DNA of 64,000 nt from Takakia lepidozioides (GCA_030704615.1 CM060734.1:25234001-25298000); one strand, 5' to 3'; positions 1 to 14,713 are shown, counted from the stretch's first letter. The notes: generated from the letters alone by a model not told the origin. A program made the numbers and translations.

Positions 1-2287
1 GGGGGGGGGTACACCAAACAACACTGCAACGGTAACCTCCCGTGGCCTCCAACACTCCCCTCCCCCCAGGGGCAACCCCAAACTACCCACATGTCTTTTG
101 GCTGACCTGTCTTGCTCTGGAGTGACCACACTGACAGACGCCGCCTTACCCTCACGCCATAAATGCAGACAGTCGTGTTTTTCAGTCGCTCCAGCAGGTA
201 CCGGCCGGGCCGAGAGGGCATCCTACACGAAAGTACGGGCCCTGGGGTGCGGATACCAGGGCCAGGGGCTCCTTTGCCGTTTCCAGGGCATTTAGGGACC
301 CCCGGTGGAGATGCTCTTGGGACATGCCACAATTCAGGTCAAGAATCCTCGGACGGCCGGTGATTGTGAACCCAAACATCCGTTGTATATTTAGAAGTAG
401 TGGGCGTCTAGAAAATCCCTTGGCCTGCTGACCAAAATCTGAATGAAAAAGCATCTGGGGTAGATAACTAGGTTAGGCTCCAACCATCAACAATATTCGG
501 CCCGACTCCCTTTCACATTGCTAATCGCAGTAATTGTCACCAAATCTGGAGGTGCACAAATGATTGAGTTCCTGTTTTAAATAAATAAAGAAATGGCCTA
601 ATGTTGTTTTGGGTCACATTTTTTCATCATTCCGGACTTTCTTTGGCCGATAATACATGAATGACACAACCAAAATAATAATTGGTTGATTCACTTCTAG
701 GCCATAAAATTCTTCAAAAATGAATTTCTTGGGAATCTGAGTGGAGAGGAAGTTGAACTAGGGCTAGGTGCAGGCTGATAAGTAGCTCTGGCAGACTGGT
801 AAGGCCATGAACCCATCATTCAATTGTCAAATGCCAGCAACACTGTTGGACACACAAGCCACTTGGAGGATGTGTTCTCACTTTGAGCTCTTTGGGAGCT
901 TGGAATCTGTGCATGGACCTCTGTGCAAGGCTCTGTTGTTGGCTCCAGGCTGGGCCGAATGTTGAGGGTGGAGCCTTGCAGCCCAACACTCAAGCCCGTC
1001 CTGCTTTGCATCTCCAGCTCAACTAGGTAGGCCAAGTCAAAGTCAGCTTTGCTGTGTGCTTAGCTGTAGAAGCGATATTTTTAATGGGGTTGTTTTAGGC
1101 TTCCAGAATATCAGAGCTTCAATTTACTTGGTGGAAATGACACCAAGCATGATAATGGACATGAACCGGTTCTACACCTGATTGCGCAGTGGACGGTTCG
1201 TATCATAGTCAAGCGATGCAAACTAGTTAACAATTGTAAGTATGTACCTTGCTGTGTATGAACTATGAATACGCTATGACTCCAATACTCGACCTCAAAA
1301 AATTGGGGGTGAAGGACATGGTCCTACCCACCCTTGGGCCTCTGTTTTGCACATGGGTTATTGCCCTTAAAGCACTCCATTTGATATTTGGAAAAGTTAC
1401 AGGCCCTGGTGGTTTTATTAAAAATAAAAAGAGAATGATGTGTACTACCATCAAGCCAGTAATTATCTGGAAGAGAGAGGACGTATGTACCAATGAGGTA
1501 CATGATGGCATCTTTGTACCACTTGAAATTAACAATGCATGTATTTCTCTACCCATTTCTATCATGTCACAGTGAATGTATTTCATCCGAACTTGAGTAT
1601 TTCCCTTTGAATCTTTGATGAAAATCTGATTCAGAAAGTGAGATTTGTGTAATAATACCTGATCCTTGCCAGAGACCGGCTATACTTGATGTATTTTGTT
1701 TCTCCACAGAAACTGTAACTGCAAACTAATCCATAATGGAAATGTACTGAGTATAATCTCTACAGTTACAGTGAGGTCCAGAAGAGTGGGATGGACCAAT
1801 GTTGTCTCTCCAACATGATTGCTGCACTTGAACCTCCTCCTCTCTGGAGTTGATCCGTCCAGGCCTGCTACACACAAGCTTGAAAACTTGAAGGATTGAA
1901 CGCCTACGGATCATGAACCTGGAATGAGTACCACAAAAATCAAAAGCTAATGATGATGATATAGTTAGTTATAACTTATAACACTCCACAAGATCTTAGG
2001 GGTAGTAGCATGGGATCTTGAAGGTTTCAGTTCAAACCGCCTCGCCTGATGCCATCCCCACCAAAGATTCCTTAATTTTATTTTTATTTATTTATTTTTC
2101 CTTCACATTCGCTACGCAAGAATCTGAAATGAGCATAAACAATCCGAGCCTGCAAGTATGCTGGGAGAGAGAGATTTCTCTCTGTTTAGGCTATTCCCCA
2201 TCAGAGTTGAGGAGTAATACTATACTGTGGCCGCTGGAATGAGATCTTCCAGGCATCATCTTGGAAATGCTCTGCAGCTCTGTTATA

Positions 2288-2764
2288 CCGTAGTGGGATA
2301 GCCGGTTAGGCAGAAATTAATTTGAAAAAAAAGTGCCTAAGCATTATTTTTTACAAGAGTGCTTAATTTAAAATATATATCTTTAAGCAGTGCCTAATTT
2401 TCAAAAAATTCTCTAAAAGTGCCTATTGTTTCAAAACTTGAATTTAAATTTTTTAAACCTAAAATATAAAATATAAAAATGATATCCATTTAAAATAATA
2501 TTTATTTAAAACGTCATCCATGGACTCAGTTTTCATTTTTCGTCCATGATAGCTGAGTTTTCAACAATTTTCATCCATGTCAGCGGCTGTATATTTATAT
2601 TTTTGTGTTTTCATTTTGTGATCACTATTTTTAGTTGCCTAATTTGGAAAATTACACATCCAAGATGCCTAATTTTAAAAAAAATCTCAAAAGTGCGTAA
2701 CTGCCAAATGGCCCCAAAAATAATTATTAGGCAGGCAAGTGCCTAACCGGCTATCCCACTACGG
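2288..2764. mobile_element. MITE, Tc1/mariner-like (TA target site)
   Basis: Perfect 25-bp TIR CCGTAGTGGGATAGCCGGTTAGGCA (2288-2312 / 2740-2764), TA on both sides, AT-rich non-coding interior with repeated TGCCTAA motifs. Confidence 0.9.
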
Positions 2765-3759
2765 TATTACTTTGGGAGTTCATCCTTAATCTTGGTGTAT
2801 GTGCCCTGCTCACTGCCACAAGCAGTGCGGACTCGAGCTCACAAGATTGAATTTAAAGTTTCCAGAAGTTTTCTGCAATTTTTGAATGCTGTCAGCCTCA
2901 AGTCCACGTCTGTCAGGCTGACAAGTTTCCTTTTTCTCTGGCTGGGTTCTTCGAGAGTGACAACTTACCAAAAGGAAGAAAGAAAAAGAGAGAAACCTTA
3001 CCATGTACAAGGTCTGTTGGTGCTACAGAGTAGAAATGGTGCATCCGTCCCATTCAATTTCCAAATGACTATGAACTATAACCTCTTGAAGAGAGGAGAA
3101 TGTAGCCCACATTAAGTTTACATTTGGAATGAGACTGAATCAGCCCCTCCTCTTTAGGCGATAAAAGCCAGAAAGCACCAAAAAATGTGGGCCGACGACA
3201 CCCCTATACAAAAAAAAAGGGGGAAAAACAAAAAATATCGCCAAAACGGGGCGAGGCCTGGCGAGCTGGTGCCAGAAAGCACCCTTTTCGCCTGGGAAGG
3301 GGGGAGCATGGCGCCCCATCGCACCAGGGGTAAGCACAATTTCGCCACCTGCATCTATCTCGACTATCCGATCTCAAGCCACTAGCCATATTGCAGATAT
3401 ATAAGTAGCCATATTAGGGTTCTGCCGCACCTGCCGGGTTAATTAACCAGAACGGCAAAATATTTGAGAAATTGGGATGGGTGCACTAAACACTTTGTCA
3501 TTTTTAGGCCTGGGTGAGAATATTTGTAATGGGTTTATGTTCAATAGGTCAAAACATGGCTAGAGTGATCTCGGGATGCATGGATGCATGCTAGCCCTGC
3601 CTTGGTATAGTAAATTTTCAATGTATCACATTCATCCATCCTCATACTTCAGTTCTCAAAAGAAAAAGAGATTTTAAAACCATGTCTTTACATTTTCCTT
3701 CAAAAGGAGAAAGTCAAAGTCTCAAAATGAGGGGATAAAAAGCATGGATGTACTTATTA

Positions 3760-4502
3760 CCGTCCCCTGGACAATCGTTTAGGCATTTTTGCGCCTAATA
3801 ATAAAATCAATCAATCCGAAAATTAGGCATGTTTTGAAAACAATTTCTCAAATTAGGCATCTTCATGCTATAATTTTTTTAAATTAAGCACATGAGAAGA
3901 GAAAACATTTATTTCCTTAAGAATAAAATTACAAAATAGACACCCAATGCCCATGGGCCCTTCCAGGCTCCAGCTACCTTTCATTTCCATTGAAACCCTA
4001 AAAATGCCCCTCTTTGTTGTACGCGGTGCTCCAAGGCTCAAGCTGGTACAGGCAAGCTCTCCCTTTGCTCTCACACTTTAGGTGAGTTCAATATTGATAG
4101 TCCACACTAGTGTAGGCACGTTGGTATAGGGCTTTGGTACATTGGTCATTGGATAGGCACGCTGGTTCAGGGCTTTGATACATTGGTCATTGGGTACTTC
4201 ATATTGGTATGCATGGTGAAACCTCTTACATAACGGTACTCTTGAGTTGTGGTATGCTGGTAGGCTGGTAGGCTAGTTATTCCGCACGCATATATTTGTA
4301 TTGATTTTTGTTCAAAGAAATTTTGATCTTATTACAAACAACATGAGAAGAGGCTTGCAAGTCTTATGGTGGAATTTTTGGGCATTAGGCACTTTGGTCC
4401 CATAATTTCCCAACAATTAGGCCAAAATCTGAAAAATTCACAGAATTGATTAGGCACTTTTATTTTGAATTAATTATCGCCTAAATGGTTGTCCAGGGAC
4501 GG
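3760..4502. mobile_element. MITE, Tc1/mariner-like (TA target site)
   Basis: Imperfect ~24-bp TIR CCGTCCC(C)TGGACAAYYRTTTAGGC, TA flanks at 3758-59 and 4503-04, internal ATTAGGCA motifs as in the 2288 element. Confidence 0.8.
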
Positions 4503-4572
4503 TAGTACTGGGTTGGTCACTAACTCAAAGTGTTCATGGCACCAGCAATTTAAGGAATATCTGACAGGTGTC

Positions 4573-5640
4573 TCACACCATAAAAGCTCTAGCGACAGCG
4601 CCTTCACTTCCATTGGAACTTGTCCCATCAGAGTTTACCTCCGGAATCCGGATGGGTTTAGTCAAAAAGTGGTGCAACAGTTCTTGGGTGGGTTGTGAAA
4701 ATCTCTCAGAAATTGCGCCGGGGTTGCTCATGTCTGCAAAGCATCGTGGGTTGTGGGAGATCCTCTCTTGGAACTTGGACGCGCAAAGAACCATCCTTGA
4801 CAGAATCTCCCCAGAAACAGTTCCAAAGGTTCCACTTCGTCCATTTCCACTTAGTCTCTTCTCAATCTCCAGATTCTTCCTTTCTTCTCTGTTTGCGTGG
4901 TGGGGTATTCAGTGTTGGCCGGCTATAACATGTTTATGGTGTCCGGGTATTTCCAAATTAGTGTCGATTCTTGAACTACCAATGGGGAATCCATCCATTA
5001 CTAAGGTCGGGATATTCACCCGGTTCTTGATTTTTGGCCAGGTATTGGGGTGGTACCAAGCGAATGTGCTAAGGAAACTGATTATGGAAAGTCCGGGTAT
5101 CTCAGAAAAGTTCCATTCTGGGTGTGCATAGATCCATACTTTATACCCGCCCCATCCTCACTGGTGTTTCTGTTCTCCGCAATGCCACATAACTACTATT
5201 TTTCTAGGGGTTCCGCCTTGTTGTTCATTTCAGATTCATGTTTGAAATTCTCACAATGCCATCACATCTCTTCCGCATTGATAGGTCATCCCCCTCGTCA
5301 GCAAATGGAAACACACCCTTCCCAATTACTCCTCCACTCGGACTGCCAGTGGGAGGGTGTGGAGTGTTGTTTAAGTCAGTCTGTGGAATGTACCAACTCA
5401 ATGCAAGATGGAACATGGCATGATCCAGAACTCGGCAAATGATTCCACCAAGTTTGTATTATTTGTGCAGAGTCATGAGATTAATCAAAAATCATGCAAA
5501 GGTTGGTGCCAGGCTCTCACTCAGTCTCTACCATGTTGCTCTCCTGCCATTCAAGTCGAACCCCACCAACAGGAGCAGAATATGTATAGAGCCTGCCTCC
5601 CATCTCCAATATCACATCACATCGTAGTCACTTAAAAGAC
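4573..5640 (-). pseudogene. Degenerate coding remnant of unknown product
   Basis: Long minus-strand reading frame (...LINLMTLHK*YKLGGIICRVLDHAMFHLALSWYIP...FAWYHPNTWPKIKNRVNIP...MVLCASKFQERISHNPRCF) broken by scattered stops. No family recognised. Confidence 0.3.
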
Positions 5641-6369
5641 TCACAGATGAGGTCTACCTGTGTACATGACTAGTTTATTGAACTGCAACGGGAACATGTG
5701 TGTGGTCCATAGCCAGGGATAAGAAGGAAAAAAAAGTCCCACAAAGGAAAGTCGTGTCATCTTCATCTTCCTCTTCATCGAAGGCAGCGAAGGGCAGGGC
5801 CTGCCGGAACCGACATTCCGTCTGCGCCTGCGGTCGGCCGGCGTCAGGAGGGCCCGACTCGACCGCGACGGCCAACCGCGCGGTTCTAATAACCTGCGGC
5901 GGCGGGGAAGGCTCTGACGGTGGACGGACGGTAGGTGGGTGGAGGCCGGACATGTGAAGATTGTGATGAAGGCCTTTCGCTCTTATCATCAAAGAGGCCG
6001 CTCAACTCTTGCTACCAGTAACCAGTGTACGCATTCAAGGACAGGGGGAGGAGATGGTGAGAGAGACAGATGAGATCACTTCACTGGAGAGCAATCACTT
6101 TTTGGTATTCTCGGCGCAATTTCTGTCTTCCACTGCTCCGGATCCCGCTCCTCCGCAATTCCCGGCACCAAACTGTTTCATCAACAAATTCTACTCAATT
6201 TGTCTACACCAATCACAACTTTATCATTATCTTTGTTGTATATCGTACTCCGAATGCTAAGCAACGGATCAGCTATACTGGTCTGTTATTGGTCCTGGTA
6301 GTTATTCAAGTGAAAAAACAAGAAATGAGAAGAACATAACAAGGAGAAGGACAGAGTTTAATATAGGTG

Positions 6370-7450
6370 GTGTTTTTCATAAAATCGAAATAAAAAAATA
6401 GCAAATGGATGAGTGAAAAATTAAAGAAGAGATGGTGGAGGCCCGTGAGAGGGCTCCAAAGATCAAGTAATTCGGTCTGGGTCTATGAATAACTCCAATT
6501 TCGGAAGAGAGACCGGAGGCGAAATCAACAAAGGTGGCTTGGAATAGCCTTTTGCCTTTCACCCAATGAGTCCCCCCCCTCCCCAATATTTGAGGGTAAT
6601 TGAGAAGTCGAAATAGGGAAGCAGAAACTCGAAATGGGAGGATGCCAGCAGGGCCAGCTCTCTTTCCGGAGGAAGAGGGGCCCAGTAGGAAGTGCTAACC
6701 CACCACAACCAAAAAGGACTTCCTACGGCCTTCTAATTGATAATTGAAGGCTGCTGCAAAAACATATATATATATATATATATATATCGCCATATAAATA
6801 TACCGCTTCATTATGCATTTCTGTAACTTGGGTACGCAAAACACTTGTTATGTGATAGTATTCCGAGCTAATGGTGAAAGAGAAACTATTCTTGTCTCAT
6901 AAACGGAAGCCTATTTATCGAGCTAGGAAAAAATATTAGCACTCACAGTTTTTGAATGCTTTTATCACCGACCTGCTTCGGAAAACACCAATACAACAGG
7001 TTCGCGCTGGGCATCGCGATGTCAAAACGACGTAGATGTGGAACATATTCCATATGACGGAGAAGCAGATATAGGGTTCCATAAGAAAAAAAGCCCACAG
7101 GTTCGAAGAAACTCACTACGAAATAAAGATAAAGGGCGAAACTAGTTCTTACTTGCAAACGCGTGCTTGCACTTGAGCAGTTTTGGTTCTATTGGGCGCA
7201 GCATGACGAGACATGAAAAGGCTTCCAGCTACTAAGCAAGCGAAACTTAGCCGAGTACTAAGTAAATCCTTCGGCCTTATTTGTTCGAACCTGGATGAAC
7301 CATAACAAGTTCTGGAGCAGTTTCCCCATAAGAGAAGGGGAAGGCCGGCGTCTCTAGATAAAAAGGGTGTTGTAGAGAGATTTGAAAGGAGGCGCCCTTC
7401 TTCTCCTATTTAATCCTGTCTTTATGTCCGATTGGCTATTATTTTTCGTG
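6370..7450 (-). other. Probable NUMT with degraded mitochondrial rps1 / rps2 / ccmFC-like remnants
   Basis: Minus-strand fragments AGLPLLL and RTNKAEGF resemble mitochondrial Rps1 (AGEPLLL, RTNTKVKGF). IQKL...RNA near 6820-6960 resembles the Rps2 N-terminus. PTG..-like segment near 6680 resembles CcmFC. The order matches the bryophyte mitochondrial rps1-rps2-ccm cluster. Recognised by eye only. Confidence 0.45.
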
Positions 7451-10400
7451 AAGGGAAGTACGGTTGAAAGGCGTGTGCACGGGCCCATAAATTTATTTTT
7501 TTAATTATACTTCGGGGGAGCCTATAGGGAACCAAGTTTGCAGAGCACACAGATGTTGGGGCGGGTAGGCTAGGAGGAGAGAGGCAGACTGTTTACAGTT
7601 AACACCTGACTACAATCCGTGCATACGTGAAAGCTACTTTGGAAGGGGAGGTGGCAGGGCGGCACATGAGAGCATGGGCTCTCACATGTGCCTCTCGGTG
7701 CCGCTTTCTCTCCCAGCTGCGGAGGGAGGGCCCCGCTATGGCCGCTCGCCCCTCTGCATCTTTCTTTCTTATGCTGGACTCCAAGGAAATTAGTATTAAT
7801 TGTGTCCGTGGATTCTAAGGGCTGGCACAGCGACTCAGCCGTATGCTTGTGGCTGGCAGTTCGTTGGACGGTACTGTAGTCCCATGACCTACTGTCCCAA
7901 GGTATCCTTTCTCCATATCCAGCCGCACCCAGCCTCTTGAAAGTGAAACTGGAACAGTTTATCTAGATGCACAACCCATTGAAGCCAAATCTTCATGTAT
8001 TTGACGGGAATATGGTGTTGGGCCAGTATGCAAAACCCACCTCTCTAAAGTTTGTTGGAGAAGTTCCTTTGGAGGTAGGAAAGCTCCTTTTAGTATGGGG
8101 GCCCTCCAATAATAGAGAGAAACTATAATGAATGTGAGTAGTTTTGTAAGCAGGGCCCCACACGGCCAAAGCAGGCTAAAGGATTTGCTTCTTTTTGGAC
8201 AAGGAGACAAGTGAAATGATTGTGAGTGCAACCAGACAAAACGGTCTACATGCCCAGATAAATACTTTGGCAACCTGCAGTACTCCGTGTACACTATTCC
8301 TCTTGGAATGCCTCCTCTCCACCACTAGTCACCGACCGTTTGGCTGTTGGAGACAATATAAATTGGTGGGTTGCCAAGAGTATTAACTCTTTTGATGTGC
8401 TTCAAAACATGCAGGGCAATGTGTCTCACCACTGCAGGTGCATTACTGTGCGTTTTACTTTCTCATCCTCCCTCTGTTTGCTTTCGTTTAGGGTTAATAT
8501 ACTGTGATCTACAACTAGAAATGCCATAAACTTCAGAAACATATTGTGTTCTTACAGTTCGTTTGATTCTCAAGAGTTAAAGAAAACCAAAGCTATTCAA
8601 AAAAGACCTCAATCTACATGATTTGCCCCCCGAAAAACTAGAATGCCAACCCCCTGTAAACCCTTCCCTTTTGTAATGTCTGGACTCTGGAGAGTTTCAA
8701 ATATAGAGTCAAAATTGTGATTACTTCCATAAAAGAATCTCTGAACCAAAACTTACTTGGTTCCTTGTGAACAGGAACCAACCTGACTGCACTGAGAGTT
8801 CCAGAAGATTGGAAGATGGCGGTAGGGAATGCAACCGCTTACGCACGGTCTGTAAGACTAGGGGAGAAGCCACAGCATAAACAAGTGCCGTTTCCTGTGC
8901 CAGACATACCCTTACACTAATAAGTTCATACACTATGATGTGTGCATAGGCCAATTAGCTTCTATAAACCGTTTGACACATGATGATGATACCACAGCCA
9001 ACCACAAAGTAATGCACCCAATGCTCATTGAACTTTTGAGCTTTCTGCTCTGATTGAGATCTCCATGACAAGTAGTAAAAGAGAATCCTAGCTGGTGACA
9101 TTGGCAAAAGCTGAATAGTCGGAATCCCACTTATTGCAGACTCGTCAGAGCTCGGTCTCATGTGCTTTATTCATCCCAGCCACAGGAAGAGAATGCATAA
9201 ACATGCTGATTGCCCAGTGGCTCTACGATGGAAGCTGCATTCCTGGTCAAAACTCCTCTTGGTTATCAAGGGATAGACTGATCAGTCCAATCATCCTTTT
9301 ATCCGCATCTGATATCTCCACAAAGGCCGCATGAGGCCCCTCATAGAACATCAGCCACTAGCACACAAATAACATCAGAAACGGTCACAATTATCATGAA
9401 TTTTATGTAGAATGAGCACTGATCATCAAACACTTCGTAAAAATATGAAATCCAAATATAAGACACAGGGAAGAGGATGCTGCAATTTTGTATCAAGATT
9501 ATGAACTATGAATGTCACAACAGATGAACTAAGTAGGATATGCTTGGCATCCTTGTCAGATTTCAATCAAAGAGAGGTGGTCTGTAGGTGATTGAAGGAT
9601 CAGGAGACTTGTAGAACTAGAATATAGGTTCAATCAAAAAGTAAAGAGGACTAGAATACATGTCTAACCTGCTTGTCATGGGTACAGCAGATGTGAGGAC
9701 AGCAGCTGTGCAATTTAACAAGTTAGTGTGGCACTGTTGTTCTCGCTGTCACATGCTACAATGCTCCTCTCTCTTTCTCTCTCTACTCTCCATTCATCCA
9801 CCTCCCCATTGCTCTCTTATAGCTCTGACTCTTTCTCCCCTGCCATAATTCTCTCTAAATTGTGTCCAGACAGACTTACCTGTTCAATATTCTATGAAAA
9901 CAATTCTGGATCACAGAAGACAGGAAAGTCCACAGGCATGTGCAGAAAACAAGCAACAAAATCAAAACACAACATAAGGAGAATACTTCCACTCTAAACC
10001 TTCTCCTGTGAGGCAAACTGTGTTTATAAACTTTTCTTGGTCTGAACTGCTGACATGAAACAACCCCAGCCAAGAGCAGTGAAAGAATGACGAGGTTTCA
10101 ATAACAGCCAACTCTAATCCATTGGATTTAGCACAGTTGGAACAATATCAGGAACCATACCCTAAGGGTCCCATTTGCCCACATTCATCATGGAAGCCTT
10201 ACAAGGCCTCTCCATCTATGTGGCATTTCTCACCCAGTTGTCAACCTGCGGCCTCGAGCTTGACTCAGGCAGTTGTCTGCCTGTCGCACAATGTAAATCT
10301 GGTCACCAAACTCACTACCATAAACATCTTGGTTACGATGCCATGTCCACAGTGCATGGCTTGAGTTCACCACCTGCATCTCTCCCACCCCTCAGCATTT

Positions 10401-10807
10401 GACAGAGCATCATACAGTAGAAGATCTTTGCTGGAAAGGAAGCATTCAACCACATCTGATCCTCAATTCAATGACCACTAGTGCTAAACTTGGTATATAT
10501 TAGACTTGACCTATCTTGTCAGAAATGTGGTATTTAGGAGCATTCTACACTTGCAGAACCTTTTACAATACTATTCCACAAGGTCCCATTCACCAATTTG
10601 TTGCAGTTAGGATTGCACTAACATTTTGTATACAATCATTGAGGCAGGAAGCTATTGTCTGAACTAACTTTAACAAACAAATGCTCAATGAATGGATGCT
10701 CTGCTAAAGAAATATAACACAACTCCAAACTAGATGCCTTGACAAACATCCTGCTACAGTCACTTGGCTGCAAATAGTGCCTCTTCGGATCATGGATGAG
10801 AGTTTAC

Positions 10808-13800
10808 TTCCAAAATGCCATGGCCGAAGCTGCTCTCTCGAAATGCACTCCACTCAGGTTGCCTGTCCCAGCAAAACTGACCAGCAGCAGGCCTTGATGT
10901 GAAATTGACGGGACAAAGTTCACCATATTCAGGGGTGTTATCAGTGGGCTTAGGGCACTGGCCAACATCATCTGCATGTGTGATGTCAATCTCCTCAATG
11001 TTACCGCCATCACCCACTGTTATGTACACAGGGCCACATGCATCCAGATTGTAATTGTAGACCCGGTTCGATCGCTCATATGCATGCACCTGGTTATCCA
11101 TGCCCACACCATGATTTCTTCTCAAAGGTCAGAGCATTACTAAAGAGCGAGAGCTTAGTTTTCCAGTCCTAGATCTCACTTAATCAATGCAGTCACCCTC
11201 AAGTCCCCATCCATCATTTATGAACTAAGGGCCATCCAGAAAAGTTACCCGACCTGCCATCCTTCATTCTCTACAAAGGAGTAGAGAGCATTCTTTCACA
11301 ATCAAGTGCATGGTATGAAGCTTGGAGCTGTACCCCCCTACATCTTTCTGCCCACCTGTCTGTAGGAGCCTCCCTCCCCCTCCCTTCTCCCCACGTCAAT
11401 TGTCTACAACTACAAGATGACAGAAAATGCAGTCTAGTTATGGATTCTCTCCCCTGCCAAGAAGTTCGGTCTAAGAAGAGCTGGGACTAAGATTGGCATT
11501 CTTTATCAACCTTATCTTTAATTTATATCAAAGCATCTGCTAGTCTCCTTCTCGCCCTTACAAGCTCTAGGCAAGCACAAAGGTTGGTTATGACCAATGT
11601 TCCCTCACATGACCAGATAAAACGAGGTCGACACCGTGTGAATACAGTAGATCCTCCATCTGTAGCCTCATGCACTCCACCTCCCGGTAGTGTGAGTTAT
11701 AACTGTTATACCATGGAGGATGCCATGCAGCAATTAGCCATGGGGTACAGTGCGGTCCACGCTAAGCAAGTCGTTCTGCAGCCATGCAAACTGTGCTCCT
11801 GGTCCCTCCCAACTCACTTCCATTAGCACTCTCTTACAAGTGGATGAGGTTTCTAGCAGCCCTGGACTTGTATACTTGAGATATAACAAAAGTAAGTCTT
11901 CAGACACACTAGAAACTACTAACAATTACCAACTGGTGCCCAACCTGGGGGGCAGGGGCTGAAAAGCTGAGGAGCACATGCGGATCTACCCAACTAGTAA
12001 AGCTCTGAATAGGTGACAAACTCATTTGTTACAACTGCTACAAATTAGGATGGCGACTTCGAGTTCTGGGAAACTGTTGGCTGATGTACACCCTACATGT
12101 ACAGAATTGTAGGTTAAAAGCTCGACCATACTCAATCCAAACACCAGCGTTATTTAGTTGGACCAATCTGCTGGTTTACAGATGACATCAATCCCATGCA
12201 TCCAAAGACCAAGTTCACCCACCTGTTCTGTTGTAGTCAATATAACCCCCAAGCATAATGAAGTGAATGCCCCCTGCATTGAAGGAGTAGTAGAGACTGT
12301 TATTAGATCCACTCTCTTCTGAGGGAGCTGCGAAACGTGATTTATAGGCAACAAATGTGGCCCCTTCAGCCTGAGGCTCAATTTCATGGTTGCCTTCAAT
12401 CACCAAAATTGGCACAGTCGACGTCAAAGGTTGCAAGAGCTGATTTTCTACACTTTTGAGACTAGAGCGACAAAATTCAATTTCCCCTCAATTTTCAGCC
12501 CCAATAAGGTCCAGTGTATCTAGGGACTGTCCAAAATTCACAAGATCCCCCTTCCAGAGGATATAGACTTGCAAAACATTCAACGAATACGTTTAGCATT
12601 CCTCAAAATTGAACAACAAGAACAACTCTGACAGCACACAGAGAAGTGCAAGCAAAGATGAAAGCCAGAGAGAGAGGGCAGAGATATACCTAGCCCATTC
12701 ATCCCAGTGAGGCTGGTAGGTCTCCCCGATAGGTGCACATGAATAGCACGATGACCCAACTCCAGTTGTCAAGTACTGATTGGCATAGCTCAAGTCCCCC
12801 AGTATCAGCAACATTGTTGGGTTGTTGTGAAGGATGTGATCAACTGTGGTGGTTGAATTGTATGTAAGCCCCAGATCTCCAACAACGGCAATGCGCGCTG
12901 GATATGCATTTGGGGCAGGGAGAGGGAGAGTGGTGAAGGTGTGCTCTTCACTCATCATGTTTAGTGAAGGATCTCCGCAGCTAAGTAGTACTGTGTGCTG
13001 GGAAGCAGCCCTAGTGATAAAATACAGTGTTAGTATCAATGAGTGCCACCAGTAACTCAATATCATGAGACCAGCAAGTCCTGCACAAGAGCTTGCTGCT
13101 CTCTCTTCCCAGCTTCCCATCAAAGAAGTCAAGAGTCCTACAGTAAAGTCTACTTGGTTCAAGTACCACAATCTGCTCTGACATCACTCTAGCATTCTTT
13201 CCTATATACTTTGCGGAGGACTTTCTGCAGCGTGGCCAGTAGGCATGGCCAGATGTGCAATCCCTCAGACACAAAGGTCTCTTCAAAGTAGGGCTGAGCA
13301 GGTACAAGCTGATTAGTAACAGATCCAGGGATTGCAAAGATTGGGAATGTCTTGCAAAAAAAGTAAGGAAAATCTGGAACGAGCCGAAACAGCCATAGAA
13401 GTAGAATCTTCCAGTTGTCATCCCGCTAGCATTGAATGGTGTACCTCCTACTCATCCAAGATGCCTGTATGGACCTCATCTCTCCTAACACTCCCGAGCA
13501 TCCAAGGCCCTCACAAACCTGGTGTGTTGAGTGTGGACATGTTTAAATCCTAGTCCTGAAGATCTTTGTTTTGATTTCCCGGTCTCCGAAAAGTGTTATG
13601 CAATTTCACTGTAGGAAGAAGAGGACTCCCCATGCCCAGGCTGTAATGGACCAAACTGCTGATAGGATTTGGATGGAGGATCCTTTTGTGATGTTATGTT
13701 GGAGGGTAACTTAGACGGCAAATGCAAATGCCTGATTTATGTCCAAGAGAAAGAAAGAAAGCATGGAAGACATCCATTCCGAACGCGGGAACTTGGGGAC

Positions 13801-14713
13801 TCTGTATGCAACACATTAACCCTAGAGAGCAACGGTACCCCACACGTTGCACAGAGATGAGTGGCTGGCAGGCTGCTGGTGGTGTGTAATGGCTCACATC
13901 CTTTTTCTGTTCCTCTTAAAGTAAAGCATACATTGGGTACAGTCTCCAGGGGAGAATCCATGTTGTTATGCATCCCTGCCAACCATACAGGATGTTGTCT
14001 GCAAGTCCTCACTCAGTTAAATTGAACCCGTTTACTTCCAAATTACAAGTCGCATAAACCAAGAAGAGGGAGAGGTAGTATGAAATTCAAGATTGAAATT
14101 ACCCAACGTCCTTAACTGCGTTACTAATGGAAGACTGGAAAGGTTTGAGAAGTAAAGAGGAGCACCTGTGAGGCGTGCATGGTGAATAATGCCCGATGTG
14201 TAATTGAGCAGGCCCGGATAAGGATACAGCTGATTATAAACCAGCGATGTACCCTGCGTGGAAAGGCTGTAGTTGCCCGATTGTGTTCCATACTGTACCA
14301 CAGTGGCCACGGAGGTGGGGTCTAATGGGGTCACCGTTGGGCCTATCTGCGCATCCCCTACACTTCACACAGTTTAATCACTGTCTTAAGCTCTATCTAT
14401 CTCTGTGTGTTCTGGTCCATTCCGTCTGTGTCTCATTTAACTACATAGTTCTGAGATGGGCCATACTAAGCAAATATTGACATTTTCCAATGGTTTGAAC
14501 ACGGTTTTCTGTCCCCCAAGCTCTTGCCTTACAACCAAGACTACTTTTCCGTATGCTTCCGTCCCCATTCTGTTGCAAGATCTAAATGATGTCCAAAACT
14601 TCTACCCATAGTGATAGGCTGAAAGGTTCCAATGTGGTGGGAATTGGCGCCCCCTGGGCATTAATCATATCTAACACTGTGATTGTCGCACACAACCACC
14701 ACTTGAATTTCAT
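10808..14713 (-). pseudogene. Purple acid phosphatase (PAP15/PAP23 phytase-type), frameshifted
   Basis: Exons at ~14713-14600 (signal peptide, IPTTLE.PF), 14357-14166 (NYTSGIIHHARLTG), 13010-12690 (GDLG, GDLSYAN), ~12440-12223 (GNHE), 11798-11609 (WHPPWYNSY, SGH) and 11089-10808 (VHAYER, GDGGN, RESSFGHG), with GT-AG borders. All PAP metal-ligand motifs are present. There are 1-nt frameshifts near 12985, 12440 and 11745, part of the N-terminus is missing, and no last exon was found. Confidence 0.9.

Noticed and set aside
1245-1920. Degenerate minus-strand exon (CIVNFKWYKDAIMY...)
   Set aside because: It has stops and no family I can name with confidence.
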